A stretch of 64,000 nt of DNA. Source: a virus. Lineage: Duplodnaviria; Caudoviricetes. Of the stretch, positions 29,268 to 38,942 are shown in pieces. A program made the translations under genes and the position numbers. Under the pieces are notes generated by a model that saw only the letters and a program-made list of their open reading frames with translations, did no database searches and was not told the DNA's origin. How positions within the stretch are numbered: the stretch's first letter is position 1; every line of letters starts with the position of its first letter. The DNA is taken from the IMG/VR virus record IMGVR_UViG_3300028025_000089; one strand, 5' to 3'.

Positions 29268-29696
29268 ATGTATAACGAACTCAAAGATATATTCGAATAT
29301 TTAGTTTCAGTTAGAAAACTAAAAAATTATTTAACTGTGGATATTGAATTTCCTAATCATTGGAAAATACCAAAAAGATATGTTCAAGAAGACAAAATAA
29401 TTGAAAATCAAAAGGTAAATGAAAACAAAAGATTTTTTTCATTTGTAAGTGAGTTTAATGAAGATGTTTTAAACAAAACCGTTGAAAACATTAAAAATAT
29501 TATAGCATACAATAAAGAAATTGAAATGAAAGAAAGTTTATTGAAACAAAAAATCGATGAACTTAAAAAGATTTTTGAAAAGGAAAAGTTAGAAAGTTTA
29601 CAATTATTAAAATTTGATATTTTTGAAGAAAAATTAGACGATGGAGAAGAAATTATTGACACGAGAAGAACAAGCGGTGGGTTGGTTGAAGAGTGA
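29268..29696 (+). CDS. Hypothetical protein
   Basis: 142-aa ORF in the operon. Confidence 0.6.
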   Translation: MYNELKDIFEYLVSVRKLKNYLTVDIEFPNHWKIPKRYVQEDKIIENQKVNENKRFFSFVSEFNEDVLNKTVENIKNIIAYNKEIEMKESLLKQKIDELKKIFEKEKLESLQLLKFDIFEEKLDDGEEIIDTRRTSGGLVEE

Positions 29697-29841
29697 AATG
29701 GAAAAAGATAACAAAGAGCTTGAAAATGAGAAAAAACGAATCATTGACTCATTGAAACAAATTAAAAAGGATGAAATTATACCAACAAAAGAAGAGTTAT
29801 CATTATGGAAGAGGATAAAAAGAGTGTTGATGGGATCTTAG
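29641..29841 (+). CDS. Hypothetical protein
   Basis: 66-aa ORF overlapping its neighbours. Confidence 0.5.
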   Translation: MEKKLLTREEQAVGWLKSEMEKDNKELENEKKRIIDSLKQIKKDEIIPTKEELSLWKRIKRVLMGS

Positions 29842-30113
29842 AGAACATTGCCCTTATCACTGATGGACTACAGTCATTGTTTCCTGATGGAAAGATGATA
29901 TGTGTCTACGAACTCAATAATGACGATTACAAAAAAGTCCAAACTAATTTTAGAAAAATTGATCACCAACATAAAAGGTTTTCAATTGATATATCTGGTG
30001 TGGAACATGTTTTTATTCACGAAGATTACCAAACACCATTACCCAAAGAAGAGGTTGAGATCCCCAAAAAAACTTTAAAAGAGAAGTTATCTTCTTTCTT
30101 TAAACGTAGTTGA
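29805..30113 (+). CDS. Hypothetical protein
   Basis: 102-aa ORF. Confidence 0.55.
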   Translation: MEEDKKSVDGILENIALITDGLQSLFPDGKMICVYELNNDDYKKVQTNFRKIDHQHKRFSIDISGVEHVFIHEDYQTPLPKEEVEIPKKTLKEKLSSFFKRS

Positions 30114-30734
30114 TTTCCGGTATAAGATTTTCTTATCTATACCCATATTATTTAACAAATCATATAAATATTTTTTTTGTTCTTTAGAACTTTCACTAAC
30201 TAAAATGGTGTCCGATCTATTTTGAGAAATCATATAGTTAGATAATGACATTAGAAATCTTTCAGATTCAAATTCATTCTTCAAAGAAAACAAATTAACA
30301 TCACTATCATTTTGAAGGACTATTTTGTTATTTAAACAAGAAATAAGTTTAATTGAATTTTTTGGTAGATACTTTTTTATAAAAAAATCGACAGAAATCT
30401 TTTTATTTAAAGATACGTCAAACAACATCTCTTCAAGTTTATAGTTTGAAATTTTTATAATCTTATATTCAGGATCGTCAATTTCAACTTTAACTTGTCT
30501 ACCCATATTGTCTTTAACAAACAACGAATCAAAGTTGGAATCAGTCTTTTCTAATAAACCAAGTTCAAATACACATTCTTTTGTGTTTTCAATTTTTTTA
30601 TCAAAAATAACAGACTCGTTGTTTTTCAATAAGTTATTATAAAATTCATTACACCTTTCAAATGTCTGAAACTTATTGATTATTTTTTTTCTTTCTTTAT
30701 TTTTAAACAATACTACTAAATAGTTCATATACAA
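30087..30734 (-). CDS. Hypothetical protein
   Basis: 215-aa ORF. Confidence 0.6.
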   Translation of the reverse strand: MYMNYLVVLFKNKERKKIINKFQTFERCNEFYNNLLKNNESVIFDKKIENTKECVFELGLLEKTDSNFDSLFVKDNMGRQVKVEIDDPEYKIIKISNYKLEEMLFDVSLNKKISVDFFIKKYLPKNSIKLISCLNNKIVLQNDSDVNLFSLKNEFESERFLMSLSNYMISQNRSDTILVSESSKEQKKYLYDLLNNMGIDKKILYRKSTTFKERR

Positions 30735-30757
30735 AATATACCCTTTTTAATAAATAA

Positions 30758-31684
30758 ATGAATAATGAAAACTTTTATGACGTTTTAGGTGTTAGCGAAA
30801 CCGCAACACAAGATGAAATCAAAAAAACGTATCGAAAATTAGCAAAAGAAAATCATCCCGATATTGGAGGGAATGAAGACCTGTTTAAAAAAATATCATC
30901 GGCTTATGATGTATTGGGTGATGAACAAAAAAGACAACAATACGACCAACAAAGAAAAAATCCATTTGGTGGGGGAGGGTTTAACTTCAACGAAATGTTT
31001 AATGACTTATTTGGTCAAAAACAAAGACCGCAAAATCGACAAGCTCACGTTACAAATATCACCGTCAATATTGGTGTTTTGGATTCTTATTTATCAAAAA
31101 AACATAACCTAACTTATAAAAGACAAACTAAATGTGATCCTTGCAATGGATCAGGTGGTGATAAGAGAACCTGTGTGTCTTGCAATGGATCTGGTGTGAT
31201 TTTAAGACAATTTGGATCAGGAATGTTCACCCAAGTTGCGCAATCGGTTTGTGAGTCATGTCAAGGTAAGGGTCACATTTTAATAAATGCTTGTTTTTTA
31301 TGTTCTGGTGTTGGATCAAGACCTGAAATGAAAACAATTGAAGTGGGACTTCCACATGGAATTGATAATGGACAATTTTTAAGATTATCTCAAATTGGTG
31401 ATTTTAAAAATGGAATGTATGGTGATCTAATAATTAGAGTTGATCTAAAACCACAAAACGGATTCAACAAAGTTGGAAATCATTTGGTGTATGATTGTTT
31501 TATGAATATTGATGAGTTAAAAAGTGGGACAATAACCATTCCACATCCTGAAAGTAGTTTGAATATTAAACTACCAAAAAACATTGACACGTCAAAACCT
31601 TTAAGAGTGAAATCAAAAGGATTCAAATTAGATAGTGTTGGTGATTTAATTGTAAATCAGTTTGTTAAATTTGATCGGGATTAA
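30758..31684 (+). CDS. dnaJ: DnaJ/Hsp40 co-chaperone (type I)
   Basis: J-domain with HPD, a G/F region, four CxxCxGxG repeats and a C-terminal GDL domain. Confidence 0.9.
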   Translation: MNNENFYDVLGVSETATQDEIKKTYRKLAKENHPDIGGNEDLFKKISSAYDVLGDEQKRQQYDQQRKNPFGGGGFNFNEMFNDLFGQKQRPQNRQAHVTNITVNIGVLDSYLSKKHNLTYKRQTKCDPCNGSGGDKRTCVSCNGSGVILRQFGSGMFTQVAQSVCESCQGKGHILINACFLCSGVGSRPEMKTIEVGLPHGIDNGQFLRLSQIGDFKNGMYGDLIIRVDLKPQNGFNKVGNHLVYDCFMNIDELKSGTITIPHPESSLNIKLPKNIDTSKPLRVKSKGFKLDSVGDLIVNQFVKFDRD

Positions 31685-31842
31685 AAAAGGGAGATAATGT
31701 CTTTAATAAACGATACAATACCGTATACACCAAAAAAGAAAAATATCCCACCAAAAAATAAAACAAATCTTTGGGTATTTTTAACTTGTCTACTATCTTC
31801 ACAAGCTTTACACTTAACTTCTGTTGCTTTTTGTTCTTCCAT
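31681..31842 (-). CDS. Small membrane protein with CxxC (53 aa, not in track)
   Basis: [19 protein letters not shown]...[18 protein letters not shown]. Confidence 0.45.
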   Translation of the reverse strand: MEEQKATEVKCKACEDSRQVKNTQRFVLFFGGIFFFFGVYGIVSFIKDIISLF

Positions 31843-31866
31843 ACCTATAATTTAATTACTATTCAG

Positions 31867-31895
31867 TTGAAAATAAATAATAAAAAAACTATAAT
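31867..31895 (+). promoter_or_regulatory. Class-2 promoter upstream of the dam-like gene
   Basis: TTGAAA-N17-TATAAT. Confidence 0.5.
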
Positions 31896-31901
31896 TATAT
31901 C

Positions 31902-32741
31902 ATGTTAAGCTATATCGGAGGTAAGAGTAAAATTGGTAAATGGATTGTTCCATTCTACGACAAAAATATGGAGGTCTATTTAGAGACTTTCGGAGGAATG
32001 TTTTGGTGTTTTTATAATATGGACCTAAAACAATTTCCTAATTTAAATAAAGTGGTTTATAACGACTTTAACCCACTAAACTATAACCTATTCAAGTGTG
32101 TTCAAAACCCAACTGAATTGTTAAGAGCAATCAACTCAATTGATTGTCAAAAACAAGGTGAGGATCTTACACCTGAAATATACAAACAACAATTTATCAG
32201 TTTTCAAGCTGAAGTTTTTAATGAAGGTTTCAGCGTAGAACCTGGCGATTATGAGGTGGCAGCCAAATACGTTTATATTCTAACACAAGTTTTCAGTGGA
32301 TCAAAACCTGAAACATCTAACTTTATTGACCTTAAAGGAAAATACAAATCAAAATATCTTACGTTTAGAGATAAGTTATCTAAACCTGATTGGGTGGATC
32401 ACTTTTTAAAGATTACCGATGTTGAAAATATGGATTTTGCAGATGTGATTAATAAGTATGACTCACCATCGACTTACATTTATTTGGATCCACCGTATTG
32501 GAAAACTGAAAATTATTACTCCAACCACGACTTTGATCGTCAAGACCACGAGAGATTGGCAAATGTATTACATGGAGTTAAAGGTAAGTTTTCATTATCT
32601 TATTATGACTTTGAACTTCTTCACCAATGGTTCCCCGAAGATCAATACACTTGGGTTAAAAAAGAGTTTGCAAAAGCAGCTTCCGCCAAGAAAGGTGAGA
32701 AACAAAATATGGGGGAAGAATTATTGATTATGAATTATTAA
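31902..32741 (+). CDS. dam: DNA adenine methyltransferase (Dam/D12 class)
   Basis: Motifs YIGGKS, ETFGG, YND.N and YLDPPY; the target sequence is not verified. Confidence 0.8.
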   Translation: MLSYIGGKSKIGKWIVPFYDKNMEVYLETFGGMFWCFYNMDLKQFPNLNKVVYNDFNPLNYNLFKCVQNPTELLRAINSIDCQKQGEDLTPEIYKQQFISFQAEVFNEGFSVEPGDYEVAAKYVYILTQVFSGSKPETSNFIDLKGKYKSKYLTFRDKLSKPDWVDHFLKITDVENMDFADVINKYDSPSTYIYLDPPYWKTENYYSNHDFDRQDHERLANVLHGVKGKFSLSYYDFELLHQWFPEDQYTWVKKEFAKAASAKKGEKQNMGEELLIMNY

Positions 32742-32782
32742 TTTTTTACTATTTACGAATATTTATTAATAAAAAAATTATT

Positions 32783-34165
32783 ATGTCACTTAGATTCACT
32801 AGTCTATTACGAGATCTTATTGTTGAAAGTTCAAGATTTCAAGTATTATTCGATAAGTTCGTAAAACCAAAGGAAAGAGGTCAAAGAGGTATTATGCCTT
32901 TTGAAACATTATTCGCACTTATCGCAGCCGACCCAACCACAAAAATTCCAGAAGGAATGGATATTGATAATGTTAAACCTGAACAAATGGAAAAGGTTAA
33001 AATTGGAAAATATGCTCAGTGGTTATTAAAAAACTTTGTTACACCTAAGTTACCGGCAGATCACCCATTAATGATTACTGATCCACAATCAGGTCAATAT
33101 AAGGCGGCATTAAAGTCATTTCAAGATCTTTTTATGGAAGACTTATATAAAGTCACAACAAACCTTCAAAAGTTTGAAAGATTTAAAAATAGATTACCTC
33201 AAGAGTTTAGAGATATTAATAAACTAACTCCTGAGACTTTATATGATCAAGTTAAAGATTTCAGTTTAGAAAAAACTAAGGCAACTGCTGCTGAGAAAAA
33301 AGAGGCTTCTCAGACATTTGCTCACCCTGGTGCTGACATCGTTTATAGAGGTCAAGATTGGACGGTTGCTAAAATCTCAAACACAGGACCATTAGGAAAA
33401 GAAGCTGCTTGTTTCTACGGTGGATCACATAATGAGGCAAGAAGAGGAGAAACCAATTGGTGCACCTCATCACCAGGATATACTTGGTTTGAAAGATATA
33501 TTGCTAAAGGACCTTTATATGTTGTAATCCCAAACAAACCAACATCTTTCAAAACTTATGGTAAGGAAACTGGTGAGGTTTCAGGACTTCCAGCAAATCG
33601 TTATCAATTCCACTTCCCTGATAATCAATTCATGGATGCTGACGACAGACAAATCAACTTGATTGAATTTCTAAACACAAATGAAGAAGGGTTAAAACAA
33701 TTCTTCAAACCTGAATTCATGAAGTCATTGGCAGGTGATAAAGGAGAAAAAGTTGTTATTGACTATCCAAGTGATTCAGCATCTAAGTTCATTGCACTTT
33801 ACGGATTTGATGAGTTCTTCTCAACTCTTCCTACAACTTTAAAAAGACTTACATTTAAAAATACATCAAGAGACAAGATCTCACTTAATATTCCTAACGA
33901 CATTGGAAGATTCAAACAGCTAAACGCAATTAACTTCGTTGGATGTGTTGCATCTCTACCTGAAGCGATCTGTGGTTTAGAAAACCTACAATATTTATCG
34001 TTAGTTAATAACCCTGATTTACAAATGTTACCTGAATGTATTGGTGACATGCCAAACCTTATGGTTTTAAACTTAGGAGGAAGTAATCCACAACAAGTTC
34101 TACCTGAATCAGTGTTCAGAAGAGCTGAAGAGGATGAGGACTTCAACTTATTTACACATAGTTAA
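32783..34165 (+). CDS. Leader-bearing protein with a WCT domain and C-terminal leucine-rich repeats
   Basis: LIVE leader, TNWCTSS...YQFHF...QFMD, then LRRs (IPNDIGRFKQL, LPEAICGLENLQYLSL, LPECIGDMPNLMVLNL). Confidence 0.75.
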   Translation: MSLRFTSLLRDLIVESSRFQVLFDKFVKPKERGQRGIMPFETLFALIAADPTTKIPEGMDIDNVKPEQMEKVKIGKYAQWLLKNFVTPKLPADHPLMITDPQSGQYKAALKSFQDLFMEDLYKVTTNLQKFERFKNRLPQEFRDINKLTPETLYDQVKDFSLEKTKATAAEKKEASQTFAHPGADIVYRGQDWTVAKISNTGPLGKEAACFYGGSHNEARRGETNWCTSSPGYTWFERYIAKGPLYVVIPNKPTSFKTYGKETGEVSGLPANRYQFHFPDNQFMDADDRQINLIEFLNTNEEGLKQFFKPEFMKSLAGDKGEKVVIDYPSDSASKFIALYGFDEFFSTLPTTLKRLTFKNTSRDKISLNIPNDIGRFKQLNAINFVGCVASLPEAICGLENLQYLSLVNNPDLQMLPECIGDMPNLMVLNLGGSNPQQVLPESVFRRAEEDEDFNLFTHS

Positions 34166-34186
34166 TATTAAATCAAATAAAAACAT

Positions 34187-34214
34187 AACCCCACCCTTTA
34201 AAGTGGGGTTTTTT
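34187..34214 (+). terminator. Intrinsic terminator
   Basis: Stem aaccccac/gtggggtt plus T-run; near-identical to 41394-41429. Confidence 0.75.
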
Positions 34215-34236
34215 GTTTTAATAGATATTTATTATT

Positions 34237-34572
34237 ATGAAAAATATTATAAGACTAACAGAAACAGATTTAGTAAAATTAATTCAAAGAGTTATTCAAG
34301 AGGGTAAGACCGATAAAGGGGTTAAAGAAAAAGACCTTGATGTGAAACTTGAAAGATTCCAAGACACTATCGAAAACTTTATTAAATCACACGATGGTAA
34401 AGTAAAAAGAGTTGGTAATGATTTTGAAATTCATTTTGATGGGGATCATATCGCTCAAGTTATGTTTAGAAAAGATGGTATCACCGTTAAAAAAGAAGGT
34501 AGTAGATTTGGTAAAGAATTTGACTTCAATGAACTTGGTAAAGTAAAAAGTGAGATTAAAAAATTCTTTTAA
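34237..34572 (+). CDS. Leader-family protein (MKNIIRLTETDL...VIQE)
   Basis: Conserved N-terminal leader; TATTTAT at 34226. Confidence 0.7.
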   Translation: MKNIIRLTETDLVKLIQRVIQEGKTDKGVKEKDLDVKLERFQDTIENFIKSHDGKVKRVGNDFEIHFDGDHIAQVMFRKDGITVKKEGSRFGKEFDFNELGKVKSEIKKFF

Positions 34573-34575
34573 CAA

Positions 34576-34950
34576 ATGAAAATCATTGTAACCCAACATC
34601 AACTTGATTTAATCAACGAAACTTATAAAAGGGATCGTTTTGATGCTGAGTATGCTGATGAATACCCAAAATATAAGAAGTTGTTTTTAAAGACCATTTC
34701 TAAAGATGTTAAAAGTTGGGGTGAATGGCCAGGATCAATTTATCTAATGAACGAAACTGGGGAACCTTTATTTGTATATAGAATACCATCAAAAACCGTA
34801 TATTACGATTATTCAATAGATAGTGAGATGGAGGATTATATACCTTCTCATATAATATCAAGACACTTGAAAAACGCTGTTTATGATTATTTCAAAGGAC
34901 TTTTTCCTGATGTTGAAATAAAAGAGGTAAGCGGGGCTAATATTGTATAG
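34576..34950 (+). CDS. Leader-family protein (MKIIVTQHQLDLINE)
   Basis: Conserved N-terminal leader. Confidence 0.7.
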   Translation: MKIIVTQHQLDLINETYKRDRFDAEYADEYPKYKKLFLKTISKDVKSWGEWPGSIYLMNETGEPLFVYRIPSKTVYYDYSIDSEMEDYIPSHIISRHLKNAVYDYFKGLFPDVEIKEVSGANIV

Positions 34951-34952
34951 TT

Positions 34953-35504
34953 ATGAAAGTAATAATATCTAATAAACAATATAGTCTTATTAAAGAATCT
35001 TATCGAAATAAAGGGATTGGTGCGGTTATTAAGTATTGGAAAAAAGAGTTAGAAAAAGGTAACAAAATTAGATTTGATAGAGATGAACTTGAATTTTGGG
35101 GTATAACCGAATTTACCGATAAGTTACATGCTCAAATAGAATTTCAAGAACTTGTAGGGGATGAGGTATTTGTTAAAAAATTTATAAATACATTAAAAAA
35201 TAAAAAATTTTCAACGAAAGATTTTAGTGAAAGATTAGTTGGTGGTTATGATTTTGAGTGGGAAATCACTAATATGGAATATAGAGATTATGATTTTTTT
35301 CTATATGGAAAAACTCTACCTGGGGGTTCCGTAACACTTATGGAGGATGGAAGACATCTAACCTTAGATCAAGCCTTGGAGGATGAAGATATAGGTTGGG
35401 AAATCCAAGAAGAAGTTAATGATGTTGTTCAAGATTGTATGAATGAAATAATTTTACCTGTTACAGGATATGATGTAACGGTTCCTTTGGTTACTATTTA
35501 TTAG
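34953..35504 (+). CDS. Leader-family protein (MKVIISNKQYSLIKE)
   Basis: Conserved N-terminal leader; acidic body. Confidence 0.7.
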   Translation: MKVIISNKQYSLIKESYRNKGIGAVIKYWKKELEKGNKIRFDRDELEFWGITEFTDKLHAQIEFQELVGDEVFVKKFINTLKNKKFSTKDFSERLVGGYDFEWEITNMEYRDYDFFLYGKTLPGGSVTLMEDGRHLTLDQALEDEDIGWEIQEEVNDVVQDCMNEIILPVTGYDVTVPLVTIY

Positions 35505-35506
35505 AA

Positions 35507-36094
35507 ATGAAAATAATAATTACAGAATCACAATATAACAAACTAACTGAAGAAAAACTTCAAAAACTTTGCTATACGGTATGGAATAAACAAAAAAAGA
35601 TGGGTGAAGAACCACATCTTGATGAAGTGATTTATGATATATCTGGAATTAGAAAAAATACAAACGAAGACTTCCAACTCATTAGACCCATTTGGTATGA
35701 ATACAACGGTGGATTTAACAATTTAGTTGAAAAACTGAAAAATGAAATTGAAGATAAAACATATGATCTGAAAAGTAGTTGGGGTAATCTTGATACAAGA
35801 ATTGAAGTTATTGAAGTAAATCAGTTTGGTAGATTAGGAGAAGATTTTGGGGTTGATATTTTTGTGTATGTTGATGATCAAGGAACAATGGACTTCAACG
35901 TGTTTGAAGAAGGAACTGATAATGAAATAGAAGTAAATGATACGATTGAAGCTGCTTATTTAGAGGCTCAAGGTAATTATGAGACTGGAGATCTTCTTGC
36001 TTATTTAAGAAGTGAGGTTTATGACTTTTTTTATAAAAAGTTAGAAAAATACGGAATTCCAATTGATGTGGATCTTGATCTAAAAGAAATTTAA
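35507..36094 (+). CDS. Leader-family protein (MKIIITESQYNKLTE)
   Basis: Conserved N-terminal leader; body loosely similar to the preceding ORF. Confidence 0.7.
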   Translation: MKIIITESQYNKLTEEKLQKLCYTVWNKQKKMGEEPHLDEVIYDISGIRKNTNEDFQLIRPIWYEYNGGFNNLVEKLKNEIEDKTYDLKSSWGNLDTRIEVIEVNQFGRLGEDFGVDIFVYVDDQGTMDFNVFEEGTDNEIEVNDTIEAAYLEAQGNYETGDLLAYLRSEVYDFFYKKLEKYGIPIDVDLDLKEI

Positions 36095-36113
36095 ATTTAT
36101 AATTATTATCACT

Positions 36114-36353
36114 ATGGGACCAATTGAAAAAAAAATATTAGAATTATCTAAAACTGAAGGACTTTCAGAAGAAACAAAGTTGGCATTAACTATAATTAAA
36201 AATCAGATCAAAGAAGACGAGAAACGAATTGTTAATGAAGCTTATCACAAAGGGTTTTATGATAAAGAAATGAATAGAAAACCCTCTTGGAACTACTTTG
36301 ATAGTAAATACAAATGTTATTTTTCAAATACCACATTTGGCCAAATCAAATAA
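36114..36353 (+). CDS. Hypothetical protein
   Basis: 79-aa ORF. Confidence 0.55.
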   Translation: MGPIEKKILELSKTEGLSEETKLALTIIKNQIKEDEKRIVNEAYHKGFYDKEMNRKPSWNYFDSKYKCYFSNTTFGQIK

Positions 36354-36359
36354 TTTTCA

Positions 36360-36367
36360 TATCTTTG
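36360..36367 (+). promoter_or_regulatory. Bacteroidota-type -7 promoter element
   Basis: TATCTTTG, 4 nt before the ATG at 36372. Confidence 0.5.
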
Positions 36368-36371
36368 TGGT

Positions 36372-36656
36372 ATGGAAGACTTAAACAAACTCGAATTACC
36401 CGAAATTAAATCACTTTGCAAACAATATGGTATTAGTGTTGTGGGTGATAAAAAAACTTTAGTTAAAAAACTCAAATACTATTTGGACCCTGTTGAAGAT
36501 GTGTTAAACACGCATCCTGGAAGAAAATTACCAAAGGATAAAAAAATTGTTGGTGTTAAAGTTGATAATCAAGAAAATATAAATAATGTTTTAAGAAAAA
36601 AAGGTCAATTTTTGTATTATTCTTTGGGTCATCAATATTATATGGTGCCAGAATAA
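36372..36656 (+). CDS. SAP-domain-like DNA-binding protein
   Basis: LNKLELPEIKSLCKQYGISVVGDKKTLVKKL matches the SAP pattern. Confidence 0.55.
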   Translation: MEDLNKLELPEIKSLCKQYGISVVGDKKTLVKKLKYYLDPVEDVLNTHPGRKLPKDKKIVGVKVDNQENINNVLRKKGQFLYYSLGHQYYMVPE

Positions 36657-36688
36657 AAAACCTTGATATTTATAATAAAAAAATATCT

Positions 36689-37150
36689 ATGAAAAATAAA
36701 TTAAATGAAGAATTAAAGGATATTAAATATCTTTTTAATTACAATAGAGGTCGTGTAATTTCTGAACAAGAAAGATTTGACGATAAAGAAGAATTCGTAA
36801 ATTATGATGATATCAATTATGATGATGAAGAAGAATTCGTAGATTATGAGGATATTCACTCTAGAACTCCTGAAGCAAGTGACGATTTTTATCCTAGAAC
36901 TCCTGAAGAAAGAGAAGGGGATATGAGAGACATAGATATGGAAATTGACGAAGAAATGGATTTGCCTGTAATGTTACCGGGAACAAAAGAAAAGGAAAGA
37001 ACAAAGGTAACTCCTGGAACCAAACCTAAAACTCCAAGCACACCTTATAAACCAAAACCTGGACCAAAACCGGATCCTAAAGCGAGAAAAAGAAAAGGTG
37101 ACATGCCAACTTGGTTAACCTTTGATGAACTTGGAATTGATTTTGAATAA
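36689..37150 (+). CDS. Leader-family acidic / Pro-Lys-rich protein
   Basis: VISE|Q leader, EEFVNYDDINYDDEEE, and a KPKPGPKPDPKA tract. Confidence 0.65.
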   Translation: MKNKLNEELKDIKYLFNYNRGRVISEQERFDDKEEFVNYDDINYDDEEEFVDYEDIHSRTPEASDDFYPRTPEEREGDMRDIDMEIDEEMDLPVMLPGTKEKERTKVTPGTKPKTPSTPYKPKPGPKPDPKARKRKGDMPTWLTFDELGIDFE

Positions 37151-37151
37151 G

Positions 37152-38387
37152 ATGAGAAATATTAGAAAAAAATTATATACTGAGGGTATATCCAAAAAAG
37201 ACTTATTAAGACTTATGGAAGCCCCAATCGACTACGAAGGACCTGAAAGGATGGCCGGAGATGTCGAGAGAAAGATTACAGGAAAACAAACACCGTTTCA
37301 TAATTTTCCTGCTATGCCAGAAATGGATAGAGACTTTATTGAGTTAATATCTTCTAAAAGATTCAAAGACTCAGTTGATAAAGTTAGAATGGCAATGGGA
37401 GACACAAGAACCATTCAAGGATCAAATGCTCTTATGCAGTTGATGGGAACCGTAGGTCAAGCGATGCAAAGACTTATAATGATCCAATCACAAAACAAAG
37501 AAGAACTTGAAGCACTTGCAGTTAAACTTGTTAAAGAAGAATTGGGTATTCCTGAAGGAGCTATGCAATTCGATGCTCAACTTGTGATGCAACCTATGGG
37601 TGCTGCTGAAGGAATGAAAAGTGAGCCTGAAATGCCAAGTGAAGAAGAAGTTGAAGAACTTATGGGAGACATTGAAAACTTTAACTTGGAAAGAGCAAAA
37701 AGAAGATTTATCAATTCATTAATTCAAGGAGCGGCTTTTAAAGGTGGTCATATGTATGTTATGGTTAGAGATGAGATTAACGACATTAATCCACAATTAA
37801 TGAATCTATACGCAGTAACTCAAGCTTTAATGGAACACGCTTATTGGATATTTCCTGATATGGAAGGAATGGCCGGAGGTGGTGGTGGTCAAATGGGACA
37901 ATCTGAATTTGACCCTGAAACAGATCCACCAACAGTAAAGGCGAGAGCCGTTACATTCCCATTACTTGTTCATGAGTTAGTTAAAGGGGTTTACGAGGTA
38001 TTTGGAACACACGGATTACCTGATGACCCAAGACAAGCTGAAATGGTGTTAAGTGCTGAAGATTCATTACCATCAGAAATTTGGGATTCTCGTTTAGGTC
38101 CAATTTTTTGGGAAAAGTTTGTTGCAACATATCCAATGGAGTTATTCGAAGATGATATGAAACATATCCAACATTATTTATTTATGCGTTTTTCAGCGTT
38201 AAACGCTGAGGAGTTCATGACGTTGGCTAAAAAGATTCTTAAAGGAGAACCTGAAGGGCAGAGAATCATTCAAAGAATGGTTGATGATATTGTTAAAGAA
38301 TTAAAAGAACAAGATTACAAAGATGCGATGGGTGGTGAAGATGATGAAGATTTTGATGATGTTGATTTAAGCGATTTGGGACTTTAA
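37152..38387 (+). CDS. Hypothetical protein (leader-like MRNIRKKLYTE)
   Basis: Long ORF; the start is more likely 37152 than 37122. Confidence 0.7.
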   Translation: MRNIRKKLYTEGISKKDLLRLMEAPIDYEGPERMAGDVERKITGKQTPFHNFPAMPEMDRDFIELISSKRFKDSVDKVRMAMGDTRTIQGSNALMQLMGTVGQAMQRLIMIQSQNKEELEALAVKLVKEELGIPEGAMQFDAQLVMQPMGAAEGMKSEPEMPSEEEVEELMGDIENFNLERAKRRFINSLIQGAAFKGGHMYVMVRDEINDINPQLMNLYAVTQALMEHAYWIFPDMEGMAGGGGGQMGQSEFDPETDPPTVKARAVTFPLLVHELVKGVYEVFGTHGLPDDPRQAEMVLSAEDSLPSEIWDSRLGPIFWEKFVATYPMELFEDDMKHIQHYLFMRFSALNAEEFMTLAKKILKGEPEGQRIIQRMVDDIVKELKEQDYKDAMGGEDDEDFDDVDLSDLGL

Positions 38388-38390
38388 TTT

Positions 38391-38419
38391 TTGACTTAGT
38401 TTCATAAATATATTATTAT
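38391..38419 (+). promoter_or_regulatory. Class-2 promoter
   Basis: TTGACT-N17-TATTAT. Confidence 0.55.
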
Positions 38420-38426
38420 TGAACTT

Positions 38427-38708
38427 ATGGGAAATATTGACTGCGAAATCTACATAAGCCAACTTATAACTTTTTTTGAAAACAATCCTAATGATTTAAT
38501 GTCATTGATCGGTGAGGTCCAAAAGGAACAGTTTTACGATGCGTTACGAGAACAGTGCGAAACAAATTCAAAAAAAGGTGAAGATCATATAATCTCAAGA
38601 GATCAAATGATTAAAATCGTTTTAAATTTGAAAATACCTGAACTAAGTGAAGAAAGTGTTGAATCTTTTATTCAGACCACAAAATGGGGACAAATTAATT
38701 TGAATTAA
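38427..38708 (+). CDS. Hypothetical protein
   Basis: 93-aa ORF. Confidence 0.6.
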   Translation: MGNIDCEIYISQLITFFENNPNDLMSLIGEVQKEQFYDALREQCETNSKKGEDHIISRDQMIKIVLNLKIPELSEESVESFIQTTKWGQINLN

Positions 38709-38729
38709 TTGTCAGAATACGATTAATTG

Positions 38730-38760
38730 AACCACAGTCAGAAAACTGTGGTTTTTTTTT
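38730..38760 (+). terminator. Intrinsic terminator
   Basis: Stem aaccacagt/actgtggtt plus T-run. Confidence 0.75.
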
Positions 38761-38769
38761 ATAAAAATG

Positions 38770-38800
38770 TTTGGTATTTATTAAAAGTTATTTATCTTTG
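38770..38800 (+). promoter_or_regulatory. Bacteroidota-type promoter (-33 TTTG / -7 TATCTTTG)
   Basis: tttg at 38770 and TATCTTTG at 38793. Confidence 0.6.
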
Positions 38801-38823
38801 TAATGTGATAAACAAGAAACAAA

Positions 38824-38940
38824 ATGAAAACAGTTGAACTTACTATGAAAGAAATATGGGCGGCAACTAGACCGGTCGTTCAAAAAAGTAAGAAAACGTA
38901 TTCACGAAAACAAAAACACAAAAACAAGGAAAATAATTAA
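38824..38940 (+). CDS. Small basic peptide (38 aa, not in track)
   Basis: MKTVELTMKEIWAATRPVVQKSKKTYSRKQKHKNKENN, directly after the promoter. Confidence 0.5.
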   Translation: MKTVELTMKEIWAATRPVVQKSKKTYSRKQKHKNKENN

Positions 38941-38942
38941 AT

